Shown: in pieces, positions 54,965 through 58,493 of the stretch
How positions within the stretch are numbered: position 1 is the stretch's first letter
Layout of the letters: each line of letters opens with the position of its first letter
From: a virus
Lineage: Duplodnaviria; Caudoviricetes
Length of the DNA stretch: 58,493 bases
IMG/VR virus record: IMGVR_UViG_3300044695_005296
Location: 1-58,493 of that record
Reading direction: 5' to 3' (one strand)
Position numbers and translations under genes: made by a program
Notes under the pieces: generated by a model
Told to the model about the DNA's origin: nothing
The model's input: the letters and a program-made list of their open reading frames with translations, nothing else
Databases searched by the model: none

Positions 54965-55552
54965 GTGGCGTTTGATAAGAGTGCGCTAAAGGATTACGTT
55001 GATGTCGCAGAGCGGATTCGCGCGTGGTATGAAGCCTACCCAAACGGTCGCATTGAGACTGCCGTGCTGGATCACGACGACAAGCGCGTTGTGATTGAGG
55101 CTAAGGCGTATCGCGGCGACGTCCCAGACGAGAAGCCCGCAGGGGTTGGCCATAGCGCCATGCAGATCCCTGGCAGCACCCCATACACACGCGGCTCGGA
55201 GATTGAGAACTGCGAGACCTCTGCTGTTGGTCGTGCGCTAGTTATGGCTGGCTTGCCATCCAAGCGCATCGCTTCCGACGACGAGATTCGCTCCAAGGCA
55301 GGGGTTGCCAAGACCAGCCCAGTGCAGGAGCGCGAGAAGCAGAAGATTGATGACGAAGAGGTTCTTCGCGCAGCAGCGGCTGTGTTTGACGGACCAAGCC
55401 CTGCCGCCATTGAGTGGGCAGACGCTATCAACGGTGCAACGACTGCAGCGGAGCTTGGCAAGATTGGTCAGCAGATTGCGACGGCCAAGATTTCCGACGA
55501 CGACAAGACCTATCTCCAGAGCGTGTACAAGAGCCGCAAGGCTGCCTTGTAA
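54965..55552 (+). CDS. Putative single-strand annealing protein (Rad52/Sak-like)
   Basis: DYVDVAERI...ENCETSAVGRAL; adjacent to the exonuclease. Confidence 0.7.
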   Translation: MAFDKSALKDYVDVAERIRAWYEAYPNGRIETAVLDHDDKRVVIEAKAYRGDVPDEKPAGVGHSAMQIPGSTPYTRGSEIENCETSAVGRALVMAGLPSKRIASDDEIRSKAGVAKTSPVQEREKQKIDDEEVLRAAAAVFDGPSPAAIEWADAINGATTAAELGKIGQQIATAKISDDDKTYLQSVYKSRKAAL

Positions 55553-56424
55553 TGCATGAACGTGATGTAGAGCACATTAGCGTCAGCGAGATTCGGGAGT
55601 ACTTCTCGTGTCCGCTGCGCTGGTGGTATCGCTATCGCCTTGGTCTCTGGACCGATAAGACTGCGGCATTCTTTGCCCTGGGGACGTCGGTGCACGCTGG
55701 CCTTGCTGGCTGGTACGCGCCGCTTCACGGGGGCAAGTTGACTGGCGACATTGGGCTGGCATATCGGCAATACGATAAGACGTTTGCTGAAGAGTCGGCT
55801 AAGGTTGACTGGGCTGTCGAGAAGGACGCCGATCCGATTGGTCAAGGCCAAATGGGCAAGACGATGCTCCAGGCCGCAATCTATGCTGGCGACGACTGGA
55901 ACGGCAAGCACATTGAACACACGATGTTTGCCGACATTACCCATAGTCGCCTTGGCAAGCTTCCTATCAAGTTGAAGGCGCAGGTTGACCTGTTGCTTGA
56001 TACCAACGATGTGGTTGAGCACAAGACCGCATCGCGCAAGTGGGAAGAGGGTCGAGAGCATGGCGACATTCAGGCGACTGCCTACACGATGGCGGTTCGC
56101 CAGAACTATGAGCATGACCCAAGCGTGACTTTTAACATTATTAGCAAGAACGCTAAGGGTCCGCTTGTAGATCGACGGGTCACAACACGAAACCAGGGCG
56201 ACATTGACCGCCTGTACACGCAGGCGCGAGTGGTCCTGACTGCAATGGAACAAGGGATTGTGTATCCTAATCCAACGGCGTTTGCGCACGCCACGTGCGA
56301 GTATAAGGAGGCTTGCAACCGATGGGAGAGTCACCCGCAACAGCTACCGAAAACGGAGGAGGGCTTGAAGAAGCTCCTGCCAGTGGTGCGTATCTCGGAC
56401 AACCTGCGAGATCGCCTGAGGTAA
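55552..56424 (+). CDS. PD-(D/E)XK RecB/Cas4-like exonuclease
   Basis: HISVSEI..Y..CP, GTSVH, VDLL...VEHKT, Q...Y, terminal Cys cluster. Confidence 0.85.
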   Translation: MHERDVEHISVSEIREYFSCPLRWWYRYRLGLWTDKTAAFFALGTSVHAGLAGWYAPLHGGKLTGDIGLAYRQYDKTFAEESAKVDWAVEKDADPIGQGQMGKTMLQAAIYAGDDWNGKHIEHTMFADITHSRLGKLPIKLKAQVDLLLDTNDVVEHKTASRKWEEGREHGDIQATAYTMAVRQNYEHDPSVTFNIISKNAKGPLVDRRVTTRNQGDIDRLYTQARVVLTAMEQGIVYPNPTAFAHATCEYKEACNRWESHPQQLPKTEEGLKKLLPVVRISDNLRDRLR

Positions 56425-57080
56425 TTGCGCGGCACTATTGGAAGTGCTACGCCGACCTGCCACGACACAAGAAGATCTGGCGACTACCAGACCACAATGC
56501 TCGCTGGGCATGGGTAACGATCCTTTGCGCAGCCTCAGAGTGTGGCGGCGTGTTTGAGTCTGACCAGCACATTGAGGCGATGGTTGGTACCCAGAACGCA
56601 AAGTACCTGCCAATCTTCCGAAGGGTTGGACTGCTTGACGGACTGGTCGTTCACGACTGGGACGAGTGGCAAGAGACCCCAGACTCTATCGGGGCGCAGG
56701 AGCGTGCGGAGAAGGCCGCTTCAGCAATTGCCCGACTAGAGCGGCTAGGCCTACGCGACGAAGAAGGCACAGAGATTGTCTACCGCACGATGAAGGAGTG
56801 GTTGGAATATGTCGTCTCTGGACCAAACACGCAAGGCCGGCTTGGCGAGTTTATGGGGGCGATGTTTGGCATTGTGCTTCAGCGTGGAGACTACAGCCGA
56901 ATCGCCAAGTTGATGAAAACCTACCCAGGCGGAATTCCTGCTATCATGTCTGCAATGGCTGACGCAGCCTTGCGGGACGTCACGGGAGACCCGTTGGCAT
57001 ACGTGCAGAAGATGAGCGGCTTCAAGAAGTGGGAGCCCGAAAAGAAAGTAGGAGGAAGGGATGCATTCATTGAGTCCTGA
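56424..57080 (+). CDS. Putative replication initiator/replisome organiser (start uncertain)
   Basis: W.K...HKK...W..ILC...VHDWDEWQ N-terminus; DPLAYV C-terminus; upstream of the DnaC-like gene. Confidence 0.65.
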   Translation: MARHYWKCYADLPRHKKIWRLPDHNARWAWVTILCAASECGGVFESDQHIEAMVGTQNAKYLPIFRRVGLLDGLVVHDWDEWQETPDSIGAQERAEKAASAIARLERLGLRDEEGTEIVYRTMKEWLEYVVSGPNTQGRLGEFMGAMFGIVLQRGDYSRIAKLMKTYPGGIPAIMSAMADAALRDVTGDPLAYVQKMSGFKKWEPEKKVGGRDAFIES

Positions 57081-57750
57081 GCTAGACCGCATTGCTGGGG
57101 CATTCCAGCTTGGCGAACACAGTGTTCCAAATGCCGAAGAGCTGCACCTTGCTCAACAGCGAGATGTACTGGAGCGCATGACAAAGGCAACCCTTATTCC
57201 CCCACGCTATGTGGGCGCTACATTTCTTGAGTTCGGAACAGAGAAGGGCAACCAGAAGGCCTACGACGTGGCACTCGACTGGTCCAACAGCACCGCAAAC
57301 CAGACACGTGGCGAAGGCTTCTTCCTTCTGGGCGAGCCAGGCACGGGCAAGACTCACTTGGTATGCGCAGCAGCAATGGAGCGCGTCCGCAAGGGTCAGT
57401 CAGGCATTCGCTACCTGAACGTTCCAATCTTTCTTGACCGTATCCGCGCCTCATTCAAGTTCTCAGAGTCTGCAGCCCAAGACCTGTTCGAGTTTGCCTG
57501 CACCAAGGCAACCCTTGTGGTTCTAGACGACTTTGGTAAGGAGAAGGCAACGGACTGGGCAACAGAGCGCCTCTATGTGCTAGTGGAGTCCCGCTACCAG
57601 AACATGCTCCCTATGCTTGTCACGTCCAATCGGACGCTGGACGAGCTAGACTCCCTTGGCTATGGGGCAACCGTATCGCGGCTACAGCAGATGTGCCGTA
57701 CGATTAAGCTGGAGACGGCGGACCACCGCCCATTACAGTGGAAGAAATAA
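57061..57750 (+). CDS. DnaC/IstB-like AAA+ helicase loader
   Basis: GEPGTGKTHL, LVVLDDFGKE, R Y..MLP.LVTSN, SRL. Confidence 0.9.
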   Translation: MHSLSPELDRIAGAFQLGEHSVPNAEELHLAQQRDVLERMTKATLIPPRYVGATFLEFGTEKGNQKAYDVALDWSNSTANQTRGEGFFLLGEPGTGKTHLVCAAAMERVRKGQSGIRYLNVPIFLDRIRASFKFSESAAQDLFEFACTKATLVVLDDFGKEKATDWATERLYVLVESRYQNMLPMLVTSNRTLDELDSLGYGATVSRLQQMCRTIKLETADHRPLQWKK

Positions 57751-58184
57751 CATTCTCCCTCTTCATCCCTGGGCTTCCCATCCCGCAGGGATCTACTACT
57801 GCTTTCATGCATAACGGTCGGCCGGTGATTACATCGGCAAACCGCAAGCTGAAGGGTTGGCGGACCAAGGTGCGTACGGCAATTGCCATGCACCGACAGA
57901 CCCCGCCAGACAGTCCATATTGGGTTGTGTTGCGGTTTTGCCTGCCACGACCCAAGCATCACTACGGCGCTAAGGGGTTGAAAGACTCAGCCCCCATGAG
58001 CCATACGTCAAAGCCGGATTTGGACAAGTTGGTCCGAGCCGTGCTTGACGGTGTAACAGACGCAAAGGTGTGGGTGGACGATTCGCATGTTGTGCGGATT
58101 GTCGCATCCAAGGAGTATTGTGATTTGGACAAGATCGGTGTCCACGTCACCCTACGCCATGCAGAGCACCTTGGCGCATATTAA
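57738..58184 (+). CDS. rusA: RusA-family Holliday junction resolvase
   Basis: PIPQGS, KPDLDKLVRAVLDGVT...WVDDSHVV...K.Y. Confidence 0.9.
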   Translation: MEEITFSLFIPGLPIPQGSTTAFMHNGRPVITSANRKLKGWRTKVRTAIAMHRQTPPDSPYWVVLRFCLPRPKHHYGAKGLKDSAPMSHTSKPDLDKLVRAVLDGVTDAKVWVDDSHVVRIVASKEYCDLDKIGVHVTLRHAEHLGAY

Positions 58185-58209
58185 TCCGATCAGGAAGAAG
58201 GGTTAAGCA

Positions 58210-58493
58210 ATGATCAAGGTACAGATGATCGGCCGCGTCGGCGGTGAGCCAACTACGCGACAGACCGCAAAGGGTCGCCCAGTCGCTAACTTCAACGTTG
58301 CCGTACACGGCGCGAAGAATGAGAAGGGCGAGTCGGAAGCCACGTGGTATCCGATTACCTGCTGGGATGGTCGCGCAGAGCTTGCAGAGAAGGTTGTCAA
58401 GAAGGGTGACCTTATCTGGATCGAGGGAACCCCACAGGTTTCTTCGTGGCAGGACAAGTCAGGAACCACACGGACTGACTTGAACATTCACGC
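58210..58493 (+). CDS. ssb: Single-stranded DNA-binding protein, truncated at the window end (not in ORF track)
   Basis: MIKVQMIGRVGGEP...VANFNVAV...TWYPITCWD..AE...KKGDLIWIEG. Confidence 0.92.
   Translation, partial: MIKVQMIGRVGGEPTTRQTAKGRPVANFNVAVHGAKNEKGESEATWYPITCWDGRAELAEKVVKKGDLIWIEGTPQVSSWQDKSGTTRTDLNIH

Larger units (their letters stand above)
1..58493. mobile_element. Tailed bacteriophage (siphovirus-like) genome, near complete, linearised within the replication module
   Basis: Full head, tail, packaging, lysis and replication gene set with no host housekeeping genes; the window ends inside ssb. Confidence 0.95.

Noticed and set aside
55552-56424. Cas4-like nuclease as evidence of CRISPR-Cas
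   Set aside because: No repeat-spacer array or other cas genes; it sits beside an annealing protein, as in phage recombination modules

Overview
The window is a near-complete (~58.5 kb) tailed-phage genome of siphovirus type, probably from an uncultured environmental virus. It carries terminase, HK97-type portal, protease and capsid genes, head-tail joining and tail genes with a -1 frameshifted chaperone pair, a candidate lysis pair, and a recombination/replication block. I found no integrase, DNA polymerase, tRNA or CRISPR array. The outstanding feature is a 5,426-aa tape measure protein. Its N-terminal ~2,350 aa hold a HicA-like domain, two PI3/4-kinase/HipA-like kinase domains, a GNAT and two HExxH zincin domains. 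These are separated by eight copies of a peptide motif, [EQ]-[FLMY]-[SA]-[KR]-[KR]-S-G, that is conserved at protein level only. It looks like a polyprotein that is cleaved to deliver effectors with the injected DNA (inference). Also notable: a promoter-associated structured non-coding RNA near 750-920, several leaderless promoters, extra domains fused to the portal and prohead protease, an S8 protease and two glycosyltransferases. All family assignments are from motifs read by eye, not from database searches.
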